A DNA stretch of 64,000 bases from Longimicrobiales bacterium (lineage in GTDB: Bacteria > Gemmatimonadota > Gemmatimonadetes > Longimicrobiales > Gaopeijiaceae). Positions within the stretch are counted from its first letter, which is position 1. The number at the start of each line of letters is the position of its first letter. Location: the NCBI GenBank assembly GCA_965218295.1, contig CBDCKN010000015.1:480001-544000 (forward strand). The letters are read 5' to 3'. This document shows positions 1 through 9,576 of the stretch, piece by piece. Made by a program: the position numbers and the translations under genes. The notes beneath the pieces are model-generated. The model had not been told where the DNA came from. It did not search any database and saw nothing but the letters and a program-made list of their open reading frames with translations.

Positions 1-133
1 AGCGGCCCAGGCGTAGCTGTCGGATCAGGTTCGGATCGCCCGTCGCCCGCAGACCGAACGTCGACGGCTTCAGGCGCGTGCGCTCGAGAAACCCGCCCAC
101 TCGCGATTCGAAGTGCTTCGTTAGCGTCTCCAT
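1..133 (-). CDS. Partial (runs off window) Cro-like HTH regulator, paralog of the N-terminal domain of 17990..18481
   Basis: Manual translation METLTKHFESRVGGFLERTRLKPSTFGLRATGDPNLIRQLRLGR aligns with MEMLKGLFMARVDAFLERTGVAPATLGRQAVGDPNLVRQLRHGR. Confidence 0.75.
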   Translation of the reverse strand, partial: METLTKHFESRVGGFLERTRLKPSTFGLRATGDPNLIRQLRLGR

Positions 134-186
134 GGCAGTTAGGGTCTAGACCCGGCATATGAGGACCCGCTTATGCACTGCGGCGC

Positions 187-1340
187 GAGCTAGGATCAAA
201 GGGTGTGTAAAAAGAGAGGCGACGTACCTTTCCGCTGAGTAATAACCAGCGAACTCCGGGTGACAGCCCGGGGGAAAGGAACGACGCCTCGTGAGGAAGA
301 ATACGGTGGGACCCGAGGGTGAGTCCAGGACGCCCGTGTGGGAAGTTCTGGAAGAAGTGGTTCGGGAGAAGGCGCAGGAGTTCATTCAACAGATCTTGGA
401 GGAGGAAGTCACGGAGTTGCTAGGGCGAGAGAAGTCAGAGCGCAGGAGGGTGGTGGACGCGACCGAGGGCTACCGCAACGGATACGGCAAGCCGAGGCGG
501 TTGGCGATGAGCTCGGGCACGATCACGTCGATCTGATGGGCCGCTACCGGCGCAGGAGTGAAGAAGTGGACGAGATGATGGTGGAGGCCTACGTGAGCGG
601 TGTGTCGCAGCGCAAGATGGGCGACGTGACTGAAGCACTGCTGGGTGAGCGCGTGGGACGCTCGACGGTAAGCCGGGTCGCGAAGCGGCTCGATGGGGCT
701 GTAGAAGCGCTGCGGAGCGCACCCATCGAAGGGCCTCACCCCTATCTGTATCTGGACGCGACGTTCCTCGATGCGCGCTGGGCCAGGAAGGTCGAGAACG
801 TGAGCGCGCTCGCACGCTAGGCCCTGAGGAGTCAGAGGACAGTTGGTCGGAGCTCCTCGAGCAGCTCCTGGAGCGAGGTCTCAGCGGCGTCGAACTGGTG
901 ATCGCCGACGAGCACGCGGGCCTGGTAGCTGCGCTGCGCCGCTTCCTGCCTGAGGTGCGCCGTCAGCGCTGCACCGTGCACCTGCAACGCAACGTGCTGG
1001 CCAAGGTCCCGCATCGCCTGCGCAAGCGTGTGGCGCGCGAGGTTGCCGCCGTCTTCCGGGCCCCCGGGCTCGCTAAGGCGAAGAAGCGCCTGGCCGAGAT
1101 CACGGCGCGCTGGCACAACGAACTCCCCGAGGCAATGAGGGTGCTCGAGCGGGGCTTCACGGCCGCCACCCAGTTCTACGCGTTTCCCGAGCCCCACTGG
1201 GCCAGGCTACGCACCACGAACAGCCTCGAGCGCCGCTACCTCGATCTCACGCTTCTCGAACCGAAGGAGGTCGCTAAGGCAGCCTAACCGAAGCATCGAG
1301 GAGCTTCCTCTCACTTTTGCACACAACTCGGGACTTGACC
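187..1340 (+). mobile_element. Chimeric, degenerate IS256-family remnant: 5' 340 bp of the element at 13431 fused to fragments of a different IS256 transposase
   Basis: 187-526 is near-identical to 13431-13770. It continues into YLYLDATF, IADEHAGL, QRCTVH and LRTTNSLER motifs in broken frames, with an IS256-like right end TTTGCACACAACTCGGGACTTGACC. Confidence 0.8.
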
Positions 1341-1572
1341 GGCTGTTTCTTGGGCACTTTCAGGCCCTCCTCTCTCCAGATCCGCTCCACCCGCTTGTGG
1401 TTCACCACCCAGCCCTCCGCCCTCAACATCCCTGTAACCATCCGGTACCCGTAGCGACCGAACCGACCCGCCACCTTGACCACGTCCGCTTGTAGCGCCC
1501 CCTCTCTGCCAACTTACGTGAGACACGGAGCAGCTAAGGAATTAGAGTAGGGCGAAGGCAGAGAAACCGAGG

Positions 1573-2022
1573 ATGCTGAGACACCGAGAGAGAATGAAAG
1601 AGAATGGAATAGCCCCACCAACCTGGGACGGTAAGCGAAGCGCGGCAGCTCCTGCGGACTCGGAGGTGGTAGATAGGCCGCTGCGCCGGCGGTTCGCTCC
1701 GTCGTACAAGCTGCGGATCGTCGAAGAAGCGGACCGGTGCACGGAGCCCGGAGAGGTTGGCCGACTCCTACGGCGGGAGGGCTTGTACTCGTCGCACCTG
1801 ACGACATGGCGCAAGGCGGCGCATAGCGGGTCCCTGAAAGCGCTGTCGAAGAAACGAGGCCGTAAGCGCGAGCGCAATCCGCTGGAGGAGAAGGTGCGCA
1901 AGCTGGAGCGCGAGAACACTCGCCTCGAGAAGGAGCTCCAGAAGGCGCACTTGATCATCGACGTCCAGGGAAAAGTTGCAGGGCTGCTGGGATTGAGCCT
2001 CGAGGACGGGACGAACTCATGA
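1573..2022 (+). CDS. IS3-family OrfA (HTH + coiled coil)
   Basis: RRRFAPSYKLRIVEEAD...LLRREGLYSSHLTTWR; ATGA overlap with orfB. Confidence 0.9.
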   Translation: MLRHRERMKENGIAPPTWDGKRSAAAPADSEVVDRPLRRRFAPSYKLRIVEEADRCTEPGEVGRLLRREGLYSSHLTTWRKAAHSGSLKALSKKRGRKRERNPLEEKVRKLERENTRLEKELQKAHLIIDVQGKVAGLLGLSLEDGTNS

Positions 2023-3026
2023 AGGCGACCCAGGAGCTAGCCAAGCACGTAGGGGTGAAGCCCGCGTGCGATGCGCTCAGGGTGCCGCGAGCCACGTTCT
2101 ACCGTCGTCGGAGTGCATCGACCGGGCATCAGCAGCCCCGCCCGACCCCCGCCCGGGCCTTAAGTGAGAGGGAGCGGGACAAGATTTTCGACACCCTGTG
2201 TTCGGAGCGGTTCGTGGACCGGTCCCCAGCCGAGGTGGTGGCGACGCTGCTCGACGAGGACGTCTACCTGTGCAGCGAGCGTACGATGTATCGCGTTCTG
2301 GCTTCCCAGGTGCCGGTTCAGGAGCGTCGAGCGCAGCGGAGTCATCCCAAATACCAGAAGCCCGAGTTGATGGCGAGGGGCCCGAACCAGGTCTGGTCCT
2401 GGGATATCACCCGGCTGCTGGGGCCGAAGAAGTGGAGTTACTTCTACCTCTACGTGATCCTGGACATCTTCAGCCGCTACGTCGTGGGATGGATGGTGGC
2501 GGATCGGGAGAACTCTGCCCTGGCCAGCCGGCTGATCCAGCAGAGTTGCTTGAAGCATGGCGTCCAGCCCCACCTCCTGACCCTGCATTCCGATCGAGGG
2601 GCTCCGATGACGAGCCAATGCACGGCTCAACTACTCGCCGATCTCGGCGTGACCCGCTCGTTGGGCCGACCCCAGGTCTCGGATGACAATCCGTTCTCCG
2701 AGGCTCAGTTCAAGACCTTGAAGTACCATCCCTCGTTTCCCGGCCGGTTCGGGGATCAGGGGCAAGCCAAGACCTTCTGTCGCTCGTTCTTCCGTTGGTA
2801 TAATGCCGAGCACCGCCATGGCGGCATCTCGATGCTGACCCCCGAACAGGTCCACTTCGGTCACGCCGATCGGATCATCGCCTGCAGGAAGGCCGTGCTC
2901 CGTGAGGCATGGGCCGCTCATCCCGAGCGCTTCGTCTCCGGTGAGCCGAAGCCTAAACCACTCCCGGAGGCCGTCTGGATCAATCCTCCCACCCCATCCC
3001 TCACTACACAGGAGATTGCTCTCTAA
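2019..3026 (+). CDS. IS3-family DDE transposase OrfB (rve)
   Basis: PNQVWSWDIT, LDIFSRYVVGW, LHSDRG, DNPFSEAQFKTLK. Confidence 0.93.
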   Translation: MKATQELAKHVGVKPACDALRVPRATFYRRRSASTGHQQPRPTPARALSERERDKIFDTLCSERFVDRSPAEVVATLLDEDVYLCSERTMYRVLASQVPVQERRAQRSHPKYQKPELMARGPNQVWSWDITRLLGPKKWSYFYLYVILDIFSRYVVGWMVADRENSALASRLIQQSCLKHGVQPHLLTLHSDRGAPMTSQCTAQLLADLGVTRSLGRPQVSDDNPFSEAQFKTLKYHPSFPGRFGDQGQAKTFCRSFFRWYNAEHRHGGISMLTPEQVHFGHADRIIACRKAVLREAWAAHPERFVSGEPKPKPLPEAVWINPPTPSLTTQEIAL

Positions 3027-3936
3027 TTGATTTCCAAGAGTGTCTCACTGGCGTTGACAGGTTCCGCCGCTTCATCAGCCCCTCTCTTCCGACTCCTCCG
3101 TTGTGTCGATCGAGCCTGGCCCAACACCTCGCACGCTCGCCTCTCGCTCACCCCGAGCCGCTGCTGGACCCGCACCACACAGCGCCTCCGCTGACGCTTC
3201 CTTCAGGATCATGTTGTCCACCGTCAGATCGGCCACCGCCCGCTTCAGTCGCTGGTTCTCCTTCTCAAGCTCCTTCAGACGCTTCGCCTGACTCGTCTTC
3301 ATCCCCCCGTACTCCCTCCGCCACCGGTAGTACGTCTGCTCGCTCACCCCTAGATCCCGGATCACCTCTTTCATCGACTTCCCGTTGGCGAGCCCCACTT
3401 CCGCCCGCCGTAGCCCGTTGATGATCTGCGCTGCCGTGTAGTTCTTCCGTGCTGCCATCTCGACCTCCTCCCGGTCTCGACCCGCCCAGATTCTAACACT
3501 GGACCTGGTCTCGTTTCAGGGGGCTAGGTCACAACTGCCTTCCCGCAGAGATCCTTAGCCGGGAGTGACCCCGGAGTGACCCCCCGGCGGATGGTGACAT
3601 GGGCGCGCACACGGAAATGGGCGTCGTTTACCGATGAACACGCTGCAACAGCCAGCGTGAGGAACTCAACTCAAGGCGGGTTGCTGACGTGGGATCTGAT
3701 ACGACCCGGGAGTCCCGCCATTTGGTGGCGTTTTTCCGCTGTTTCAGTACGGTGGAGTCAGATATCGTCGAACGGCAAGTGCGGCAGATCGTGCAGTCCT
3801 AGTTTAACTTAGACGATTCCTTGCCGTAAAACGCACAACTTGAATTCGATACCGTCCAAGGAGTTCCGGGTAGGTGCATAACATCCAGTATTTACAACAG
3901 GTTACGTAGTTTCTTTCTTGTCTCGTTCTGCCAGCA

Positions 3937-5211
3937 GTGCCCTTTGCGATCCCGTTCCATCCCAGTTATGATTGGGGGATGGATAATGTGATTCGATCTC
4001 CCGTCAAGCGCCGCCTAGGCAAGCCCAAGGGCCGCCATCCCCACAAGCGGCTCTCGACCGCCTTCGTGCGCTCGGCACCGCCCGGCAGGCACTGCGATGG
4101 CAACGGTCTCTACCTTTACGTCCAGAAGACCGGAACCCGGAGTTGGATTCAGCGGCTCGTGATCCGGGGCCGCAAGCGCGAGCTCGGACTCGGCAACGCC
4201 CAACTGGTCTTGCTCGCCGAGGCGCGGGAGCAGGCGCTGGCCAACCGCAAGCTTGCCCGCGCGGGCGGCGATCCGCTGGCCGAGAAGCGGCGTTCGGCGG
4301 GCATTCCCACCTTCGCCGAGGCCGCTAAGCGCGTCATCGAGCAGAAGAGCGCCGGATGGCGCAACGCGGCGGTGCCGAGGAACTGGTATCGCAGCTTCGA
4401 GATTCACGTCTTCCCAAGGATCGGGAGGGTGCCGGTCTCCGAGATGACGAGCGCCGACGTGCTCGAGATCCTCACACCCATCTGGCACGCGAACCCGCCG
4501 ACGGCCCGGATCGTTCGCCACCGCATCCGCGCCGTGCTGGAATGGGCCATCGCCATGGACTGGAGAACGGACAACCCGTGCGACCGGCTCCTGCCGGTGC
4601 TCGGCTCCCAGCAACATGTCGTCAGACACCGGAAGGCCCTGTCTCACCGCGAGGTGGGGGCGGCCATCGAGAAGGTCCGGGCGGCGAAGGCGGGCAAGGT
4701 GGACGCGCTGGCGTTCGAGTTCATGGTGCTCACGGCGGCGCGGGGCGTCGAGGTCCGCGGGGCGGTATGGAGCGAGATCGACCGGGAGGAGCGCGTCTGG
4801 ACGGTCCCCGCGAGCCGGATGAAGAGCCTGCGCGCGCACCGTGTGCCGCTGTGCGGCCGCGCGCTGGAGATTCTCGACGCGGCGCGGAAGCTGGGCGGCG
4901 GCGGGAGTCCGATCGTGTTCGTCGGCAAGCGCGGCAGAGAGATGGGCGGCGAGCAGATGGGCCGGCTGCTCAGGAAGCACGGGATCGCGGCGGTGCCGCA
5001 TGGGTTCAGGTCGTCGTTCAGGGACTGGGCCGCCGAAGAGACGGACCACCCCCGCGAAGTCGTCGAGGCGGCCCTGGCCCATGTAGTCCGGAACCCGGTC
5101 GAGGCCGCCTACATGCGCTCCGACCTGTTCGAGCGCCGCCGTCGGCTCATGGACGACTGGGTCGGCTACTTGGCTGGCGAGCGAGACCCGGAGGCCAGAG
5201 CGATCCGTTGA
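3937..5211 (+). CDS. P4-like tyrosine integrase (start may be ATG 3979)
   Basis: Arm-binding DGNGLYL..W..R...LG; catalytic TAARGVE, HRVPL, HGFRSSFRDW, LAH, AAY.RSDLFERRR. Confidence 0.95.
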   Translation: MPFAIPFHPSYDWGMDNVIRSPVKRRLGKPKGRHPHKRLSTAFVRSAPPGRHCDGNGLYLYVQKTGTRSWIQRLVIRGRKRELGLGNAQLVLLAEAREQALANRKLARAGGDPLAEKRRSAGIPTFAEAAKRVIEQKSAGWRNAAVPRNWYRSFEIHVFPRIGRVPVSEMTSADVLEILTPIWHANPPTARIVRHRIRAVLEWAIAMDWRTDNPCDRLLPVLGSQQHVVRHRKALSHREVGAAIEKVRAAKAGKVDALAFEFMVLTAARGVEVRGAVWSEIDREERVWTVPASRMKSLRAHRVPLCGRALEILDAARKLGGGGSPIVFVGKRGREMGGEQMGRLLRKHGIAAVPHGFRSSFRDWAAEETDHPREVVEAALAHVVRNPVEAAYMRSDLFERRRRLMDDWVGYLAGERDPEARAIR

Positions 5212-5265
5212 TCCGCCGTGCGTCTGGAGGCCTAGACCCTCCCTGTAGAGCCCCGCGCCGCTGCC

Positions 5266-5583
5266 TCAAACACGGGACCGATTGAATGTTAGTGCATTGG
5301 CGGTTTTTCGGCCAAGCTGGGTGGCCGGCGGAGCGTGGCGGAGCCGAGCGGCCAGCTTGGCAGGATGATCGCTTCCAGGGGTCGGCGGCCGGTATCCCAG
5401 GTTGCTGTGTGGACGGATGGCGTTGTAATGGCGCGCCACGCTTCGATCAGGACTTGGCCGTGCAGAACATCCCGCCTGCCGCAACGGGCCGACGATCTCC
5501 TCCGGCTCGTAACGCTTCCTGGACATCCCTGGTCCTCTTCACTCCTAGACCTAAGGATGGACGAATCCGATGGGGGAGGATCA
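5266..5583 (-). pseudogene. Internally deleted IS3-family remnant
   Basis: OrfA start MSRKRYEPEEIV..LRQA joined to OrfB end HYNAIRPHSNLGYRPP. Confidence 0.65.
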
Positions 5584-5584
5584 T

Positions 5585-5680
5585 AGACGCGACGTCCGGA
5601 CTGCGCCGCCGCGATCGCCAAGTTTATGGCGAGGTGAGTCTTCCCGACGAAGTGCGCCCCTGGAAGTGGACAGATTCCGG
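5585..5680 (-). pseudogene. IS21 IstB ATPase fragment
   Basis: VGKTHLAINLAIAAAQSGRRVY Walker A region. Confidence 0.65.
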
Positions 5681-5805
5681 TAGAAGAATCGACATGTGCT
5701 CGACTGCGGCGTGGCGCATGGGTTTCCACGTAAACGACAATACGCTGTGAACCGACAAGTTGGCCCTTTATGTGCCCGGAATCCTGACCCAGTCCCGGAG
5801 TACCA

Positions 5806-7587
5806 TTGATGAGCGAAGCCCAGAGACAGCAGAGCATCGAGAAACGGCTCCGACGCGCCCAAGAGGAACTGTTTGTTGCCCTGAAAGTCAGGGACAACAC
5901 AGTAATCCTGCCGATGAACGAGCCGCCACCGTTGGACCGGCCCTGGGACGCCACGACAACAATACGCAGACTCGTGATCGACGGCGACTGGCAGACCGCC
6001 GCACCTGCCTTTAGGGACATACAGGAATGGGTTGCCGCTTGCTGGAACGCCGAGCGTGCTGCAGAAGCACCGGTGAGGACCGTCATCACCGGCGACCGTT
6101 TCGGGCAACGAAGCGAGACCCAACTCGACGCCACGACCGCCGCTCGCAAGCTAATCGTGGCGGCAGCCCTATATGGTTCGGAGGCGGTCGCGAAGTACGC
6201 CGCCGAGTTCGCGTCCCACGGGATGATCGAGCTCCGCAGCATCTACCTGCTAAAAGGACCGTCTATCGGAGAAGCGAAGCGGCTGGACGACTACTGCTCG
6301 CTCCTCCCGTACCGAGAAGCGCTACGACGGTCGAACGCGCACCCCACGCTACCGCCGACCGAAATCGACCGTTGGCCGCCGGACTCGACCGACAACGTCT
6401 GTGCACTCGAATCCAGGAGCTTCGAGCGCCGAACTCCCCACGGAACCGAGAACGAGCTATACACCAGTCCATTGCTGCGATACGGACTCGAGACGCTGGC
6501 CCTTGTGCTTGGGCTGGTCTGGGGGAACGGGCTTCGCGTGTTCGGCAGCTCGCACGCCGTTCCTGCACCGGCTGCGGCAGCGCTCCCGTTTCTTCACGCC
6601 GCGTTTTCGGGTGGCCTTTTAGCTACCCAGCGCATCGACCTCGCACTCCACGGATTCGGGCCAAACTCCAAGCAGCGTCCGCTCGCCACCGCAGAGCTCG
6701 TACAACTCATGGACGCATACGCCGGTCTGTCGGACCAATCTCGACGCGTCCTTGCATTAGCCATGCGACGCCTGTGTGACAGCACCGCGAGGGTCGACCA
6801 CGAGGACATGGTTGTGGACGTGTGCATCGCGTTGGAGGCGCTGTTCATGGACGAGGACTGGAACCACAAGAAGCGCATCGCAACAAGGGGTTCGTGGTAC
6901 TTCGCGGACTCGACGCACGAACGGGAGCAAACACGAACCATGCTCAAGGAATTGTACGACTACCGCTCGAACGTCGTGCACGGCAACACCCCGGTCCCCG
7001 CAACACCGGAGGAGGATCGGCGGAACGCCAGTCTGTTCGCGGACGCGGTGAACGTGGTCCGCGCCAGTCTCAAGAGCATGATCTTCGAAGGAAGACTAAC
7101 AGATTGGGAGAAGAGCAAGGACCAGAGATCCATCCGCCGCGACCCGCCGCATACGGAGTCAGAGATTCCCTCCGTGAAGTCGGATTCCTTGAGCTGGTCA
7201 GTCAAGGAACAGAGAGAAATTGACCGGGCGCTTGAAGCCGTGTGGAAGCCGACCGTCGACAATGCTCCACCGCCGCCGCCGGATACGGCGTGCGTTATTC
7301 ACGCGGGCGTCAACCCGGAAATCGTCGAGCAGTGCCGCCGACAAGGTGGCCACTACGTCATCACACATCCGGCCCGGCTCTACATGGCCCACCCCAAGTG
7401 GCCGAAAACGGCGTCCGATCCGCTCGACGAGCGCACGGAGTACTACTGCGAAAAGGACGTTGAAAACCACATGCAGCGCTGGCGCGAGGCGGCGACTGAG
7501 AAGAGGCTCAGTCAGTTCCAGCTACCCATCCGCGCTGCCATATACCACCCAAGATACCGCGATGAGTGGGCCCGACCGCTTCAGTGA
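5806..7587 (+). CDS. HEPN (ApeA-like) domain protein with C-terminal extension
   Basis: VDVCIALEALF followed by LYDYRSNVVHG (RxxxxH). Confidence 0.75.
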   Translation: MMSEAQRQQSIEKRLRRAQEELFVALKVRDNTVILPMNEPPPLDRPWDATTTIRRLVIDGDWQTAAPAFRDIQEWVAACWNAERAAEAPVRTVITGDRFGQRSETQLDATTAARKLIVAAALYGSEAVAKYAAEFASHGMIELRSIYLLKGPSIGEAKRLDDYCSLLPYREALRRSNAHPTLPPTEIDRWPPDSTDNVCALESRSFERRTPHGTENELYTSPLLRYGLETLALVLGLVWGNGLRVFGSSHAVPAPAAAALPFLHAAFSGGLLATQRIDLALHGFGPNSKQRPLATAELVQLMDAYAGLSDQSRRVLALAMRRLCDSTARVDHEDMVVDVCIALEALFMDEDWNHKKRIATRGSWYFADSTHEREQTRTMLKELYDYRSNVVHGNTPVPATPEEDRRNASLFADAVNVVRASLKSMIFEGRLTDWEKSKDQRSIRRDPPHTESEIPSVKSDSLSWSVKEQREIDRALEAVWKPTVDNAPPPPPDTACVIHAGVNPEIVEQCRRQGGHYVITHPARLYMAHPKWPKTASDPLDERTEYYCEKDVENHMQRWREAATEKRLSQFQLPIRAAIYHPRYRDEWARPLQ

Positions 7588-7763
7588 GTCTGGCTACTTT
7601 CGCCGCCGGCGCGCACCACGGTCTTCAAGTACGCGAACTGATGCGAGCACACACTTGTGCTCAATGGCACTGACAAGGATACGGCGGCAGTTGCCCCTGG
7701 CGGCCCTGCGTCCGAGCCCGCACCCGCGGACAGGTCCTCACGCCGTCGTCAGCCTGACAGCGT

Positions 7764-7898
7764 GCGCATGTGGTCGAGAACAGGTTCGAGGCGGCCCATC
7801 GGCGCTCGGACCTGTTCGAGCGCCGACGTGTCTTGATGGACGACTGGGTTGCGTACCTCGACGGCGTGCCGCGCACGGACGACCCGCAACGCGGCTGA
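7764..7898 (+). pseudogene. 3' remnant of P4-like integrase
   Basis: AHVVENRFEAAHRRSDLFERRRVLMDDWVAYLDG matches the C-terminus of 3937..5211. Confidence 0.8.
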
Positions 7899-8345
7899 GA
7901 CGCTGGGATCGTTCACGGTCCGGACGTCGGTTGCCACTGCATATCAAGCGGTGGTTGCCGGCACACCGGACGCAACCAGCGGCACGGGCGCAAGAACTCG
8001 CCGCCCCGCGGAAATAGCCACCCGCTCCCGTAGCGCTCGTGCCATATGCTGTCGGCAGTCCAGCTCCGAGAGCGCCACAGCCGAACACCCGGCGATGCCG
8101 GCACGACTGTCAGATCGCCGGACCAGGACAGAGCATCGTCGCGGACTCTCCCGCGTGGCCTATGCAAGTACCTTCCAATGGGCGGTCGTTCGGCAGAGTG
8201 CCACGAAGACCAAGGCCAAGCAGCGACTTGCCAGTGTCGGCTCCAGCCAAATGAACCGGAACGGTGTAAAACGCCCCGAATGTGGAAAAGGACCAGGACG
8301 CAAGACCCGAGAGCGTGAGGGGTTGTCCTCCGCCCAACCTCTGCA

Positions 8346-9576
8346 TGTGCTGAGACGGTATTCACCTGACAGTTGACCACGAGAGAGGACGGTGGCCAGC
8401 CGCCCTCGCCGGAGCTAATTGAGAGATGTCGAAGTCACTCACTTAGCACGGGAGAGAAGATGACCACCGTCCAGGGGGAGAAGATAGCGCGCCGCAAGCT
8501 GAGCCTGCTACAGTTGGCCCAGGAGCTCGGCAACGTGAGCAAGGCGTGCAAGATCGTGGGCTACAGCCGGCAGCAGTTCTACGAGATCAGGAGGAACTTC
8601 CAGCTTTACGGGGCCGAGGGGCTGATCGACCAGCTTCCGGGGCCGAAGGGACCGCACCCGAACCGGGTGAGTGAAGAGATTGAGCAGGCGGTCTTGGCCC
8701 ACGCCTTGGAGGCTCCGACGCACGGAGCTCAGCGGGTCGCGGACGAGTTGCTGCTCGGAGGGATCCAGGTGAGCTCAGGAGGCGTACGGGGCGTGTGGAG
8801 CCGGCATGGCCTCACCACGAAGCACGAACGGCTGCTCAGGCTCGAAGAGACGGCCAGGGAACGGAAGCTGAAGCTGACCGACGAGCAGATCGAGCTGCTG
8901 GAGCGCTTCAGTCCCGAGTTCCGGGAGCGCCACATCGAAGTCCATTACCCGGGCGACCTCGTCGCCGTGGACACGTTCTTCGTCGGAACGCTGAAGGGGG
9001 TCGGCAAGGTGTACCTGCAGACCGTGCTCGATTGCTTCAGCCGCTACGCCTGGGGCCGGCTCTACACGAGCAAGCTCCCGCTCACGGCGGTGCAGGTGAT
9101 GAATAACGACGTGTTGCCGTTCTTCGATGAGCACCGGGTCCGGGTGAAGACCGTGCTCAGCGACAACGGCCGCGAGTTCTGCGGCCGTCCGGACCGTCAC
9201 CCATATGAGCTGTTCCTTCAGCTCGAGGACATCGAGCACCGCACGACGAAGGTGGGCAGGCCCCAGTCCAACGGCTTCATCGAGCGCTTCCACCGCACGC
9301 TCCTCGACGAGCACTTGAGGGTGAAGGGCCGCACCACCTGGTACGAGACCGTCGAGGAGATGCAGCAGGACCTCGAGGCGTATCTGGAGACCTACAACCG
9401 GAAGCGGCCGCACCGCGGTCGAGCCATGGAGGGCCGCACGCCCTATCAGGTCTTCAAGGCCGGTCTCACCGACGCCAGGAAGGCCGCAAAGGCCAGGAAG
9501 GAGGAGGCTAAGACGAAGGCAGCCTAGACACAGCTCCGGCGAGGGCCAACTGTCAGGTCATTACCATCTCTGTACA
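8346..9576 (+). mobile_element. IS481-family element, copy 1
   Basis: TGT..ACA imperfect IRs (TGTGCTGAGACGGTATTCACCTGACAGTTG / TGTACAGAGATGGTAATGACCTGACAGTTG); 7-bp TSD CTCTGCA. Confidence 0.95.
8373..9527 (+). CDS. IS481-family transposase (true start probably ATG 8460)
   Basis: LGNVSKACKIVGYSRQQFY HTH; VAVDTF, LSDNGREF, PQSNGFIERFH. Confidence 0.93.
   Translation: MTTREDGGQPPSPELIERCRSHSLSTGEKMTTVQGEKIARRKLSLLQLAQELGNVSKACKIVGYSRQQFYEIRRNFQLYGAEGLIDQLPGPKGPHPNRVSEEIEQAVLAHALEAPTHGAQRVADELLLGGIQVSSGGVRGVWSRHGLTTKHERLLRLEETARERKLKLTDEQIELLERFSPEFRERHIEVHYPGDLVAVDTFFVGTLKGVGKVYLQTVLDCFSRYAWGRLYTSKLPLTAVQVMNNDVLPFFDEHRVRVKTVLSDNGREFCGRPDRHPYELFLQLEDIEHRTTKVGRPQSNGFIERFHRTLLDEHLRVKGRTTWYETVEEMQQDLEAYLETYNRKRPHRGRAMEGRTPYQVFKAGLTDARKAAKARKEEAKTKAA

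Larger units (their letters stand above)
1500..3066 (+). mobile_element. IS3-family element, copy 1 (1567 bp)
   Basis: Four near-identical copies. Imperfect IRs TGCCAAC..GTGAGACAC / GTGTCTCAC..GTTGACA, constant ends CCCTCTC and GGTTCCG, 2-bp duplication CC. Confidence 0.95.
1341..3531 (-). pseudogene. Disrupted IS3-family element: orfA at 3458 downward, orfB fragment 1341-1499, split by the 1567-bp IS and truncated by IS256
   Basis: OrfA has VSEQTYYRWRREYGGM..AKRLKELEKEN; OrfB fragment has RYGYRMVTGMLRAEGWVVNHKRVERIWREEGLKVP; terminal TGACC at 3531. Confidence 0.8.

Noticed and set aside
3871..3898. Chromosomal dif site
   Set aside because: The right arm GTATTTACAAC matches the XerD consensus poorly; an IHF-like att tract upstream of an integrase explains it better.
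3937..7898. Integron (integrase plus cassettes)
   Set aside because: The integrases have the P4-type arm-binding domain and lack the IntI insertion; no repeated attC-like sites were seen.
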